Notes: generated by a model not told the origin, from the sequence alone. A DNA stretch of 64,000 bases from Candidatus Bathyarchaeum tardum (GCA_024650005.2 CP122380.1:32001-96000); one strand, 5' to 3'. Positions 40,378 through 50,184 are shown, counted from the first letter of the stretch. Program-made: numbers and translations.

Positions 40378-40467
40378 AAACAGCCTCACAAACATATCGT
40401 TATAACATTTGAAATACTATTATTTCATACATTTACTTTTTAATTTACAAATTTGGGGTTTCAGAAT

Positions 40468-40815
40468 ATGAGGATGTGGATGGTTAACCCGAAAATAATG
40501 TGTCGGCAGCATCTTTTGGGGGAACATGTCGAAATTCACATGTTTATTGGGACCTTAAATCAAGAAAAATCAGTGAAGGGATATTTGGAAAAGGGGCTTC
40601 TTGAAGTACATAATTTGTATTTTCGCCATCAAAAACTCGTTGAAGAAATGAAACGCAGAGGGTATAATCATTGCTCTGAAGTTGAGTCGGAATGGAAATT
40701 TGCAGAAAAGTTGGGAGTAGTTAATATTGAAAAAAATCTTGAAGAACTCATCAATCGTTGTCCAATATGCAAAAAAAGATACTTTGAATCAAAAAATCAG
40801 CTCAAAATAAGTTAA
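40468..40815 (+). CDS. pyrimidine dimer DNA glycosylase / T4 endonuclease V-like family protein
   Basis: MRMWMVNP..MCRQHLLGEH.EIH, RH..LV.EM.RRGYNH. Confidence 0.8.
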   Translation: MRMWMVNPKIMCRQHLLGEHVEIHMFIGTLNQEKSVKGYLEKGLLEVHNLYFRHQKLVEEMKRRGYNHCSEVESEWKFAEKLGVVNIEKNLEELINRCPICKKRYFESKNQLKIS

Positions 40816-40834
40816 GGTTGGCATCGGTCTATGG

Positions 40835-40935
40835 TTTGGTTTTTTTTAAAAATGGCAGTTTTCAACATAGAACTGCTATTATTAATAGTAATATGATTTT
40901 TTGATTAGGGTTGATTTTAGTCTTGAAAATATAGA
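40835..40935 (+). repeat. dispersed intergenic repeat, copy C
   Basis: GTTTTCAACATAGAACTGCTATTA (40858-40881) is 23/24 identical to the copy A core; tail TTAGGGTTGATTTTAGTCTTGAAAATATAGAA resembles copy B. Confidence 0.8.
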
Positions 40936-40942
40936 AAAACTG

Positions 40943-41542
40943 TTAGTTTTTTTCTATATTACAGATAGATGTAGCAACCGCAAGCAAGTAAGGGGAATGA
41001 GCTAAAATTCCATATTCGCCAGTGACTGCGTCTTGAAATGGTGAAAGGTGTGGAGGATAGAAAGTGAAAATGACAAACAAGACAGCTAAAACTGCCAAGG
41101 CAATTATTGAAATTAGTTCTACTGTTTTGTTTTGTTGCTTAAAGCTCAAAAGTTTGTAGCTAAGAAACTGTCCAACAATGACGGCGATAATGAAGCTTAA
41201 AATGTCTATTACAAGAATGGCTTCACAGGTAATGCTTGTGTAGCTGTAAAAAATTGCTGGAATTATTAGAATTATTGTGAAAGCAGCAACGGCTTTTGCC
41301 AAAAAGAAGTTGTTTGTTTTATCTCTTATTTTCCAGTATTCAATAACTGTGAATATTATTAATGGCCAGAATCCTAGTTTAAGGTGTTCCCAGACACTTT
41401 CGTTTACTGCAGAAAAAGCACCAACTATAGGATTGAACCCTGACAATTCGAATATGAAATGAAATAAACTTCCTAGAACAGTAATGAAAAGCACTCCAAT
41501 GATTTCGTAAGTTAAAACGGTTCTTTTTTGAAATTTATCCAT
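40943..41542 (-). CDS. membrane protein, DUF6512-like
   Basis: GSLFHFIFE.SG, NESVWEHLKL, FTFYPP; about 5 TM segments. Confidence 0.75.
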   Translation of the reverse strand: MDKFQKRTVLTYEIIGVLFITVLGSLFHFIFELSGFNPIVGAFSAVNESVWEHLKLGFWPLIIFTVIEYWKIRDKTNNFFLAKAVAAFTIILIIPAIFYSYTSITCEAILVIDILSFIIAVIVGQFLSYKLLSFKQQNKTVELISIIALAVLAVLFVIFTFYPPHLSPFQDAVTGEYGILAHSPYLLAVATSICNIEKN

Positions 41543-41661
41543 TAAAATCACGCAGAATATATTTGACCCAGTTTGGATTTAAGATTTGACATGGTTTTTT
41601 GAAAACGTAAATAGGGGGGTTTGTATTAGTAGGTTTAAACACCCAAAACGTGTTGGTTGCG

Positions 41662-41829
41662 ATGGTTTGGTTGCTTAGAAAATGTGTGAAATGTGAAAAA
41701 TATACGTTAAATCAGGATGTTTGTCCTGCGTGTGGAGCAAAGGTGCGTATTCCACATCCAGCTAAATTTTCGCCCGAAGACCGTTATGCAAAGTATCGAC
41801 AAGCAATAAGAGAGCCGAAACAAAAATGA
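41662..41829 (+). CDS. nop10: H/ACA RNP protein Nop10
   Basis: Read by hand (below the track cut-off): MVWLLRKCVKCEKYTLNQDVCPACGAKVRIPHPAKFSPEDRYAKYR; stop overlaps the PAC2 start (ATGA). Confidence 0.95.
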   Translation: MVWLLRKCVKCEKYTLNQDVCPACGAKVRIPHPAKFSPEDRYAKYRQAIREPKQK

Positions 41830-42599
41830 AACAAACAACCATTGAAGAACAAAAAAAAGTTGAATTAAAAAATCCAATCCTAATTGAAGGATTTCCAGGC
41901 TTGGGCATGGTAGGCAGCATCGCCACAAAATACCTTGTAAAACAACTAAAAGCTGAAAAAGTTGGAACCTTGTATTCACCCCATTTTCCATACCATGTAA
42001 TCGTAAGCAAAAAAGGTGGAGTTAGACTTCTTCGTGGAGAATTCTATGTATGGAAAAACGAGTCAGGAAAAAACGATTTCATATTCCTGATTGGAGACAG
42101 TCAAGCCCAAACAATTGAAGGGCAATTTGAAGTAGCAAATACTATTCTTGATTTTGCTGAACAAAAAAACGTTGAGACAATTATCACCATTGGGGGATAC
42201 AGAAACGAATTCGAGGGTGACCCAAAAATTGTTGCAGTAGCAACCAATCCAGAGCTGTTTGAACAGGCACAAAAAGCAAAGGCGTTACCCAGCGAAGCAG
42301 GAACTCCAATCGTTGGTACTGCAGGTTTACTGTTAGGATTAGCACAATTCAGAAATGTTCATGCTCTCTGTTTATTAGGTGAAACCAGAGGCTATTTACC
42401 CGATCCAAAAACTGCAAAAAGCATCATTGAAGTTTTGCAAGGATTCTTGAATGTAACTGTTGACCTAACAGAATTAGATAAAGAAATAGAAAAAGCCAAA
42501 GAAGTTCTGGGCAGAATGCAAGATATAGAAAAACGTCGAGCAAAATACATGCAAAACATAAGAAAAGTAGAAGAAGAGAAGATCACTTACATCTCTTAA
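41826..42599 (+). CDS. PAC2 family proteasome assembly chaperone
   Basis: LIEGFPGLG.VG.IA, GDSQ, ITIGGY, IVG.AGLLLG, CLLGET.GY..DP; C-terminal YIS; follows nop10. Confidence 0.92.
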   Translation: MKQTTIEEQKKVELKNPILIEGFPGLGMVGSIATKYLVKQLKAEKVGTLYSPHFPYHVIVSKKGGVRLLRGEFYVWKNESGKNDFIFLIGDSQAQTIEGQFEVANTILDFAEQKNVETIITIGGYRNEFEGDPKIVAVATNPELFEQAQKAKALPSEAGTPIVGTAGLLLGLAQFRNVHALCLLGETRGYLPDPKTAKSIIEVLQGFLNVTVDLTELDKEIEKAKEVLGRMQDIEKRRAKYMQNIRKVEEEKITYIS

Positions 42600-42620
42600 C
42601 TTCTTTTTTCAGTTTATTTT

Positions 42621-44813
42621 TTAGTAAATGACTTTATAGACACACACCATTGCTGTAAAGTATCCTCCATCTGATGTTGGATACAATTCAGGTGTTGTGA
42701 AGAAGGCTTCTTCGAAGTGTTCTAACACAATGTTGGAACTACCAGAGATAACCATGTCACGGGCATAGTGCATCAACTTGTATAAGACAGAACTGTTTCC
42801 AAGCTCATTTACAACCAACTCGCTATCTGCCACCGAGCCATCTTGGTTTGCGTCTACCCAATCCTGTCCCAAACTGTAGTTGCCGTATTTCTTATCATCC
42901 AAACCAGCAATTCTTGCCATCCAGCGCCACTTGCCTTCGTCACCGTATCCGATATCGTTTCCGTCTATGTCGAAAGTCATGAACAAAGTAACATATTCTG
43001 CATCGAAACCTTCCAAAATCTGGATAGATGCAGTTTCATTAGAAACAAACATTTCACCGATTTTACCAATCTGTGTAGTGTTCACTGTACCGTTATCCGC
43101 AAGAGTTGTTACATTACCAATCGTAGTAATCCAATAACCATAATCCCACCAAGCCGCCACCACAGTGCTTGAATTTAGATTGGTTCGCATCCAGTTAAGT
43201 GAATCTAACCAATAACTAACTTCGGCCCTCAAAGGCAAACTTGAAGCAGCTATGGTTGTTGGAGAATAGGCTCTGTTTATGGTACGTGAATAGGATGCAC
43301 TGTCAGCCGGCAACACAAAGTTTACAGTCAACAACAAAAGCAGCAAACCAATAAAGCCTGCACTGAATTCTTTGCCTACCTTAGGTAGGAAACGCTTTTT
43401 ACGTCTCGAAACTTTAGGGTCATCACGCAAAATCTCAGCAAAAGGCTTAACCAATTGGACTAAAGCCAAAGCCCAAATAATGCTAACGGCAGGAGCCAAC
43501 AGCAAACTCAACCTTGCCATGGATCCTGCAAAGTAAATTGCAGTCAAACCAAAAATCGCAACAAAAATGTTCCGGTTTGTGGGTTTTTGTAATATAAAAA
43601 ACAAACCTATGGGAACAAAAAGTGCTCCAATTCCCAAATCATAATAATATGATCCCCAGGTGCTGGGTCGATGTTCTTGTACAGATTGTACAAGTTGTTG
43701 TGTAGGAGTTTCACCAAGACGTTGACTGGGGTTTATGACGGTTAAGAATTTTTCTCCTAAAGGTCCCATTAAATTAAAAGCAGCTAGCGCTGCGAATACA
43801 ACGACAATAATGGTTAAGAACCCAACAACAAACATTAGTTTATTTTTTGGAACAGTAATACGGGTAGAAACTTCATACATTACAAGTAAAAGAAACATTC
43901 CTGCAGTAGCAAGAACTGTAGGTTCCACCAGAAAACCTACACCTAATTTTGGCACATTAATTGCTATCAGAAGACCAACAGCAAAAGTTGTAGCATATGA
44001 AAGTAGCAGACGTGTTGAATATCTACGTAAAATAAGTAACACGAACACGAAAACTAAAACAATTCCAAGAGGATACCTTGCTGCACCCCAAGATGCAAAT
44101 AGGTAACCTAGGGATAATCCGCCTAAAGCACCATATGTTATTGTTCCTTTGTTTGACCTTTGTTGGTCAATTGACCGTAAGAAGAAGAAAACAAACAAAA
44201 GGATACCAAATATTCCAATATTTTCGTCGTCAAAAAAGCCCAAAGAAGTTCTGCTGATATAAGCTGCACTTACGGCTAAAAAGAAAGCTGAAAACAGACC
44301 AACTCCTTTGCCGCCAATGTCTTTTCCTACAAAATACATCACTAGAACGGTCAAGGTTGCCATTATTACTGGAAAGATTACACAGAAATTGAAAATTGGA
44401 TCAGCATTTAACGGATGATAAACTGCTGAACCCAGAACAGGATCAGGGGCAAGGTTCAGTGCATTAGCTATTTGATAGAAAACAGCTGCTGTTGTAGCCA
44501 AACCGGGAAGAATAGCGGTTGAAATATCATATCCCCCAGGGTACCAACTCATGGGGTCTATCCATGATGTGTAACCATTCAGTCCGTTTTCTACTATGAA
44601 TTTTGTTGCCCGATAATGAATATGGGGGTCAAATTCTGAAAGTTGATATCCCCAACGTAAGGGAAGTAATCTGATCGTAGCTGCAATAACAAGAATAATT
44701 GCTAGTAACGAGAAATGAATCAAAGTTGAATGAGAAATTCCAAGACGGAAAGAGCCAATGCTAGATAATGTACTACCTGCGCTTTCTTTCCTAAACAGTT
44801 TTCCAATTTTCAC
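42621..44813 (-). CDS. aglB: oligosaccharyltransferase AglB (STT3)
   Basis: EFDP, WYP.G, YISRTSLGFFDDE, SVQEH, WWDYGYWI, DNGT, DEGK; probable GTG start 44813. Confidence 0.95.
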   Translation of the reverse strand: MKIGKLFRKESAGSTLSSIGSFRLGISHSTLIHFSLLAIILVIAATIRLLPLRWGYQLSEFDPHIHYRATKFIVENGLNGYTSWIDPMSWYPGGYDISTAILPGLATTAAVFYQIANALNLAPDPVLGSAVYHPLNADPIFNFCVIFPVIMATLTVLVMYFVGKDIGGKGVGLFSAFFLAVSAAYISRTSLGFFDDENIGIFGILLFVFFFLRSIDQQRSNKGTITYGALGGLSLGYLFASWGAARYPLGIVLVFVFVLLILRRYSTRLLLSYATTFAVGLLIAINVPKLGVGFLVEPTVLATAGMFLLLVMYEVSTRITVPKNKLMFVVGFLTIIVVVFAALAAFNLMGPLGEKFLTVINPSQRLGETPTQQLVQSVQEHRPSTWGSYYYDLGIGALFVPIGLFFILQKPTNRNIFVAIFGLTAIYFAGSMARLSLLLAPAVSIIWALALVQLVKPFAEILRDDPKVSRRKKRFLPKVGKEFSAGFIGLLLLLLTVNFVLPADSASYSRTINRAYSPTTIAASSLPLRAEVSYWLDSLNWMRTNLNSSTVVAAWWDYGYWITTIGNVTTLADNGTVNTTQIGKIGEMFVSNETASIQILEGFDAEYVTLFMTFDIDGNDIGYGDEGKWRWMARIAGLDDKKYGNYSLGQDWVDANQDGSVADSELVVNELGNSSVLYKLMHYARDMVISGSSNIVLEHFEEAFFTTPELYPTSDGGYFTAMVCVYKVIY

Positions 44814-45002
44814 TGCGAACCCTTCTCTTCGTGAATGAGGTCGTGAAGCATATATCTTTTTTGTGGTATCCCATAGTGGTTGAAGCATATTACGGAACAG
44901 AAAATTTAACGTTTAGGCTAGTTTAGGCAAAAAATCAAAAAAAGGAAGAAAAATATGGGTTATAGGGAAGCTAAAAACAAAAGTGAAATGATTTGTTGAC
45001 AA

Positions 45003-45185
45003 TTAGTGTCTTCGTCTGGAGTTGCCTGCAGATTTTACTTCAACTTTTGTTGGCACAAACCCTATTTTTTTACCACAGTTAGGGCATTTTCCCGCATGAG
45101 TTTGGATGATTTCATCCGGGGGTTTTAGATCTGTGCCTTCGTATAAAACAAAACCACATTTATCACAAAGTACTTGTTGAGGCAA
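45003..45185 (-). CDS. small Zn-ribbon protein (60 aa)
   Basis: TTG start MPQQVLCDKCG...GKCPNCGKK. Confidence 0.75.
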   Translation of the reverse strand: MPQQVLCDKCGFVLYEGTDLKPPDEIIQTHAGKCPNCGKKIGFVPTKVEVKSAGNSRRRH

Positions 45186-45324
45186 TGTCTCACAGCCTTG
45201 TAGACGCAAAATAAATTCATACATGCTTTTATATATTCCGACGTTTTATTGACGCCATAGTGGATAAATTACGGTTATCTGCTAGTTTACCCTAAATATT
45301 GTTTGAACCGTTTATACAATTTTA

Positions 45325-47436
45325 ATGATTACAACAATAGAACAGGAAACGTTAATGGAAAAATACAAGCTGATAGTCGCTGAAAAACCAGATGCTGCAA
45401 AAAGAATAGCATATGCTCTTGATTATCAGGGTAAACCAGAAAAACTCGACGAGAATGGTGTTCCATATTTTATTGCTAAACGAGATCGATTGCTTGTTAT
45501 TGTTCCAGCCATTGGTCATCTTTACAGCATCAGTCAAGAGGGTGGAAAAAAAAGTTGTTATCCTGTTTTTAATTACAAATGGGCACCCCGACATTTGATA
45601 GAACGTGATGCAAAATCAGTTCGCAAATGGGTTGAAATATTTTCCAAACTTTCCCAGAATGCAGATGCATTCATTTCGGCTTGCGACTATGATATTGAAG
45701 GAAGTTTAATTGGATATTGCATTCTCAAGTATGCATGCTACAACAAGGAAACTTCTGCAAAACGGATGAAATTTTCTACCCTTATGAAATCTGAACTAGA
45801 AAAAGCCTACGAAGAGCCCCAAGAACATTTGGATTTTCTCTTAATAGAATCAGGAAAAACTAGGCATGAAGTTGACTGGTTATATGGAATAAATCTTTCA
45901 CGAGCATTAAGTTTAGCAGCCCAACGTCAGAGCGGGAACTACTCAACGTTAAGCACAGGTAGAGTTCAAGGTCCCACATTACAAGTTTTAGCAGATAGAG
46001 AGAAAAAAATCAACAATTTTGTTCCAACACCTTATTGGCAAATAAAAACAGATGTTCAAATCGACAATTCAGTTGTTGAAGCTGAGTTTGAAAAAACCCG
46101 AATTGAAACAAAAACAGAAGCAGATAAAATACTAGAAGATTGCAAAAACCAAACTGGCACCGTAGCAAGTGTAGATTTGAAAACCGTTCATCAGAAGCCT
46201 CCGGTGCCCTTTGATGTTGGTACATTACAACGTGAAGCCTACAGTATTTTCGGATACACGCCACGACGAACGTTAGCAATTGCTCAACACTTGTATCTTG
46301 ATGCATTGATTTCATATCCTCGAACAAGTAGCCAAAAGTTGCCTCCTGAGATTGATTATCGAAAAATCCTTGGTTCTTTGAAATTTCAACGAGGATACAA
46401 AAATTTAGCTTCAAAACTCTTAGAACAGGATACTTTGAAACCGCGAGAAGGGATTAAAGATGACCCAGCTCATCCTGCAGTTTATCCGACAGGAAAATTA
46501 CCTGAAAAGCCTTTAGGCATTGATGAAAAACGAGTTTGGGACCTAATTATTCGCCGCTTTATGGCTGTTTTTGCTGAAGATGCACTCAAGGAATCCGTAA
46601 AGGTATGTCTTGAAATTTACAAATATGGTTTTGTTGTAAAAGGAAGGCGACTATTAAAAGAGGGCTGGATGGAATATTACAAACCTTTTGTGCGAACTGA
46701 AGAACATGTTTTACCAGCCATCGCACAGGGAGATAACATACGAATACTAGAAATCAAAGGGGAAGACAAGTTTACTTGTCCACCTTCTCGTTATAATCCT
46801 AGTAGTCTTTTGAAAAAGATGGAAAAACTAGAAATTGGAACGAAAGCTACCCGAGCAAACATTATCCAAACCCTTTACAGCCGCAAATACGTCAAAGATG
46901 AAAGAATCACAGTAACAGAACTAGGATTCAATGTTGCTAAAGTTCTAGGTCAATATGCTCCTGTTTTGTCTTCAGTGGCGTTAACCCGAGAAATTGAAGA
47001 GAAAATGGAACAAATCCAAAAAGGCGGTATGAAGCGAGAAACAGTTATTGAAGAAGTTATTGAAAAATTAAAGCCCCAACTGGAAACATTCAAAGAAAAC
47101 GAAAAAACCATCGGTGAATTACTAAGTGAGGCAAAAAAGAAAACCCATGTTCAAGAGCGTGTTGTGGGAAAATGTCCGGTTTGCAGCTCAGGGGATTTAG
47201 TGATTATTTATTCCCGAAATACAAAGAAGCGTTTTATAGGCTGCACCAACTATTTTAATGGGGTTTGTAAAACTTCTTTTCCACTCCCTCAAAGGGGCAC
47301 GATTAAGCCAACAAAAACTAAATGCAAGGCTTGTGGTTGGCCCCAAGTTCTGGTTTGGACAAAAGGGAAAAAGCCATGGAGTTTGTGTTTTAACCTTAAC
47401 TGTTCGCTTAAAAGCAACAAGAGGAAGAAAAATTGA
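45325..47436 (+). CDS. topA: type IA DNA topoisomerase
   Basis: IVAEKPDAA, GHLY, ACDYDIEG, STGRVQGPTL, catalytic ISYPRT, AHPAVYPT, IGTKATRA; C-terminal Zn ribbons. Confidence 0.96.
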   Translation: MITTIEQETLMEKYKLIVAEKPDAAKRIAYALDYQGKPEKLDENGVPYFIAKRDRLLVIVPAIGHLYSISQEGGKKSCYPVFNYKWAPRHLIERDAKSVRKWVEIFSKLSQNADAFISACDYDIEGSLIGYCILKYACYNKETSAKRMKFSTLMKSELEKAYEEPQEHLDFLLIESGKTRHEVDWLYGINLSRALSLAAQRQSGNYSTLSTGRVQGPTLQVLADREKKINNFVPTPYWQIKTDVQIDNSVVEAEFEKTRIETKTEADKILEDCKNQTGTVASVDLKTVHQKPPVPFDVGTLQREAYSIFGYTPRRTLAIAQHLYLDALISYPRTSSQKLPPEIDYRKILGSLKFQRGYKNLASKLLEQDTLKPREGIKDDPAHPAVYPTGKLPEKPLGIDEKRVWDLIIRRFMAVFAEDALKESVKVCLEIYKYGFVVKGRRLLKEGWMEYYKPFVRTEEHVLPAIAQGDNIRILEIKGEDKFTCPPSRYNPSSLLKKMEKLEIGTKATRANIIQTLYSRKYVKDERITVTELGFNVAKVLGQYAPVLSSVALTREIEEKMEQIQKGGMKRETVIEEVIEKLKPQLETFKENEKTIGELLSEAKKKTHVQERVVGKCPVCSSGDLVIIYSRNTKKRFIGCTNYFNGVCKTSFPLPQRGTIKPTKTKCKACGWPQVLVWTKGKKPWSLCFNLNCSLKSNKRKKN

Positions 47437-47657
47437 AGTGCATAATTTGTGGCAGATCCTCAAATGAGGAGTATTGTTTGTTTCATAAGAAAGCTTGTAG
47501 CAATCTTATTCAAAAATTTGATGAATGGCAACAAGCTACAGGGGTTTCGTGGAAGCAATATTTAAAAGCTGTAGTTGAGAATTCATACACAGGCGCTTGG
47601 GCAAAAGAAGTTGCAGAGCATTTATTGAAAAACAAGGATGGAAAAAATATTGTCTAA
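47433..47657 (+). CDS. small Zn-finger protein (CxxC..CxxH)
   Basis: MKCIICGR...YCLFHK; start overlaps the topA stop. Confidence 0.75.
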   Translation: MKCIICGRSSNEEYCLFHKKACSNLIQKFDEWQQATGVSWKQYLKAVVENSYTGAWAKEVAEHLLKNKDGKNIV

Positions 47658-48060
47658 CAGTTTCGATAAAAAAAAGTCATCCCTTGCCTTTTCGTTGCAA
47701 AAAACTTACGAAAAAATATTGAACTTTAAACCTTCATTTTTCATTATTGGTCTTTTAGCTGTCGCTGCTTCAATCTTTTTGTTCGCTGGAGGAATCTACA
47801 ACCTTTTAATGAAGCCCATCGTGGCAATTGTCGCTGGTGGATCAATAATTAGTTTTTATCCATATGGAATAACTGAACAATTACTCCTAGAAAGCATACT
47901 AGTTATGATCTTTTACACCCTTGGATTTGCAGGTTTACTAATATCTTACAGAAGCACAAAACACGCATCCAATCCTCGGGAAGCATACAGGTTCCTTTTG
48001 GTAGGCGTTGTTCTATTTGTTATAGCATATATTCTGTTAGAAGTGAACTTGTTTGCTTAG
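47638..48060 (+). CDS. 3-TM membrane protein resembling OSTC/DC2 (OST3/OST6 family)
   Basis: FLFAGGIYNLL..P...F.P....QLLLES......GFAG......S follows the recalled OSTC pattern FLITGGIIYD...PP...F......QYIMEG.....GGLG.....RS. Confidence 0.65.
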   Translation: MEKILSNSFDKKKSSLAFSLQKTYEKILNFKPSFFIIGLLAVAASIFLFAGGIYNLLMKPIVAIVAGGSIISFYPYGITEQLLLESILVMIFYTLGFAGLLISYRSTKHASNPREAYRFLLVGVVLFVIAYILLEVNLFA

Positions 48061-48093
48061 TTAAGCAGCTGGTTTTTTCAGCAAAAATAATGT

Positions 48094-48639
48094 TTACTTG
48101 TTTTTTCGTTTATTTTTCATGTTTAACAAGGCTGCCCCCAAATTTGTTAACCAATGCGTAGGTATAGTTATCAAGAGAATTATCAAAGCAGAAACCAAAG
48201 AGGGGGGAGAAACTGGAATTGAAAACAAGAAAGCACCCAAGATGAAATCCAGTTGATCTGCTATTGGAAGGTTGCTCCCAGGAGAACGGTTTAGGCGCCG
48301 TTTAATGCAGGATTCTATTAGGTCTCCGGTTACTGCTCCGACGGATATCATGAACCCAAGAAGTATGCTATATTGAAACTGAGGACCATACTGGAACAGA
48401 ACTTGTTCATAGATAATGGTTTGAATCAATCCGACAAGTGTTCCTATTATGATGCCTACAAAAAATCCCCGGAAGGTTTTGTGGGAACCAAACAAGGGTT
48501 TGCCGTCAACGAAATTTTTGCCAAAATCCATGGGTTTGCCGCCGCCAAAGATTACTGGCGCCCCGTTGGCACAGTATGCGGGAAAAATGAACCATAATGC
48601 AACAGCGATGTCGATTAGTATTTTTGTCATTTCGTTCAT
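48094..48639 (-). CDS. carS: CDP-archaeol synthase (DUF46)
   Basis: PAY.AN.APV..GGG.PMD.G..F.DG...FG..KT.RG, GDL.ES..KRR, DQLDF. Confidence 0.95.
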   Translation of the reverse strand: MNEMTKILIDIAVALWFIFPAYCANGAPVIFGGGKPMDFGKNFVDGKPLFGSHKTFRGFFVGIIIGTLVGLIQTIIYEQVLFQYGPQFQYSILLGFMISVGAVTGDLIESCIKRRLNRSPGSNLPIADQLDFILGAFLFSIPVSPPSLVSALIILLITIPTHWLTNLGAALLNMKNKRKNK

Positions 48640-48667
48640 ACCTTATCCGTTGTCCAAGAAAATAACT

Positions 48668-49360
48668 CTAGTGTCTGTAATCAGTTATTCCAGAGCTTTC
48701 TATCTTTACATGAACATATCCAGTTCCCTTGATAGTAGGATGTTTTTCTCTAAGGACCTTTATGACCCGAGTTTGCCCAGACTGGCGCATATCCAAAACA
48801 ATATCTGACCAGTAATTCAGAACACGGGTTGCTACTGGTTTGGTTTTGACTGACTCTCCAATAGGGACACTTCTCACCTGGCTGATTATAAGGACTGCCA
48901 CGTTGCGGGTTTTGGCGATTTGTTTCAAAACTGCGATTTGCCGGTTTAACTCACGGTTTAAGGCATAAGTTTTTTCTATGTCGTCAAGTTCAGCACGGTA
49001 TAACGACGTGACGGTGTCAACGACAATCAAGCCAAACTTGTTTGTTATGATTTTTTCTAAGTGATCTAGGGCTTGGGATTGGTCTTGAAAGGTTGTTGGG
49101 CGCATTATAATCAGGAAAGGAGAAATTTTTTCATAATCATATTCTGCTATCTGGGATAGCCGTTCATAAGAAAAGGTTCCATCGGTGTCTATGAACAGCG
49201 ACTTGATGCCTCTGCGTGCGAGGGTAACTGCACATTGAACAACAAGGGAAGTTTTGCCGGTTTCTGCTTCTCCATAAATAAGGGAAATGGATTCGGTGAG
49301 GAATCCTCCTCCCAGTAGTTTGTCAAGGGAAACACACCCAGTCTTAACGTAATTCTGCAA
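48668..49360 (-). CDS. radB: RadB-like RecA-family protein
   Basis: TG..SLDKLLGGG, GEAETGKT, IDTDG, VVD, SQV; C-terminal EKHP basic patch; lacks the RadA N-terminal domain. Confidence 0.8.
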   Translation of the reverse strand: MQNYVKTGCVSLDKLLGGGFLTESISLIYGEAETGKTSLVVQCAVTLARRGIKSLFIDTDGTFSYERLSQIAEYDYEKISPFLIIMRPTTFQDQSQALDHLEKIITNKFGLIVVDTVTSLYRAELDDIEKTYALNRELNRQIAVLKQIAKTRNVAVLIISQVRSVPIGESVKTKPVATRVLNYWSDIVLDMRQSGQTRVIKVLREKHPTIKGTGYVHVKIESSGITDYRH

Positions 49361-49560
49361 TATGCCTACACAAGAAACGAAATATGGTATATGAAATAAT
49401 AAGGATTGTTCTGGTTCAGTTTTAGCTGGATAAAGTTTCGGAACATATTTAAGCCAAAAACCAAAACAAAAACCACACGTAGGTTCAAGGTCATGTACAC
49501 ATACTGTTCTTCAAATTCTATACATGCTTTTTTCCCCGTGAAAAATGGAAAGGGTAACAA

Positions 49561-50184
49561 ATGAAGAAAAAAATTGCAGTTGCAACTGTTAATGGGCGGG
49601 CGTACTACGAACTTGTTAACGAATTATACAACAAACGGTTACCGTTCTTGAGCTTCAAACCTTGGGACAGTATTCCACCATACATTAAAGTAGTCTTAAC
49701 AACCAAAGAAGAATGTGACAAGGTTTCACATCCTACAGTTTTATGTTATAAACAAGGCTCAAACCCTGAATCTGTTGTCGATGAAGCGGTTTTAAAAATA
49801 CAAGGGAAACAAGTTTACGAAAAAATTGTTGTTGGAGTTGACCCAGGGGACAGCTGCGGCGTAGCAATTCTTGGAGACAACAAAGTTATCGAAACAAAAA
49901 CAGCTTCTAGCATAAACGATGCTGCAAATTTGATTGTAGAAAGTGTGAAAAGGTTTCCTGCAGAAAGTAAAATCGTGCGAATTGGAGATGGAACTCCAGA
50001 ATACACCCATGTTCTAGTTAGTTTGTTAGATGAGATTTTACCTCAAGAAATTTTGGTTGAAATCGTGAAAGAAGCCGGAACAAGCCGACTACTCCGTACA
50101 TCAGTGAACCGAAGGGTCCTAAGAGACAAAATTTCTGCAATAAAAATAGCTGGAAAAACAGGACAAGTTTATGCACGAAAATAA
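49561..50184 (+). CDS. conserved archaeal protein with RNase H-fold (YqgF/RuvC-like) domain
   Basis: VVGVDPG..CGVA, RIGDG, V.E..TS, D..SA..IA. Confidence 0.7.
   Translation: MKKKIAVATVNGRAYYELVNELYNKRLPFLSFKPWDSIPPYIKVVLTTKEECDKVSHPTVLCYKQGSNPESVVDEAVLKIQGKQVYEKIVVGVDPGDSCGVAILGDNKVIETKTASSINDAANLIVESVKRFPAESKIVRIGDGTPEYTHVLVSLLDEILPQEILVEIVKEAGTSRLLRTSVNRRVLRDKISAIKIAGKTGQVYARK

Noticed and set aside
45190-45324. Replication origin in AT-rich intergenic DNA
   Set aside because: No ORB repeats and no cdc6/orc1 gene in the window.
1229-47436. Inteins in polB, aIF5B or topA
   Set aside because: Lengths are normal and no intein splice motifs interrupt the conserved blocks.
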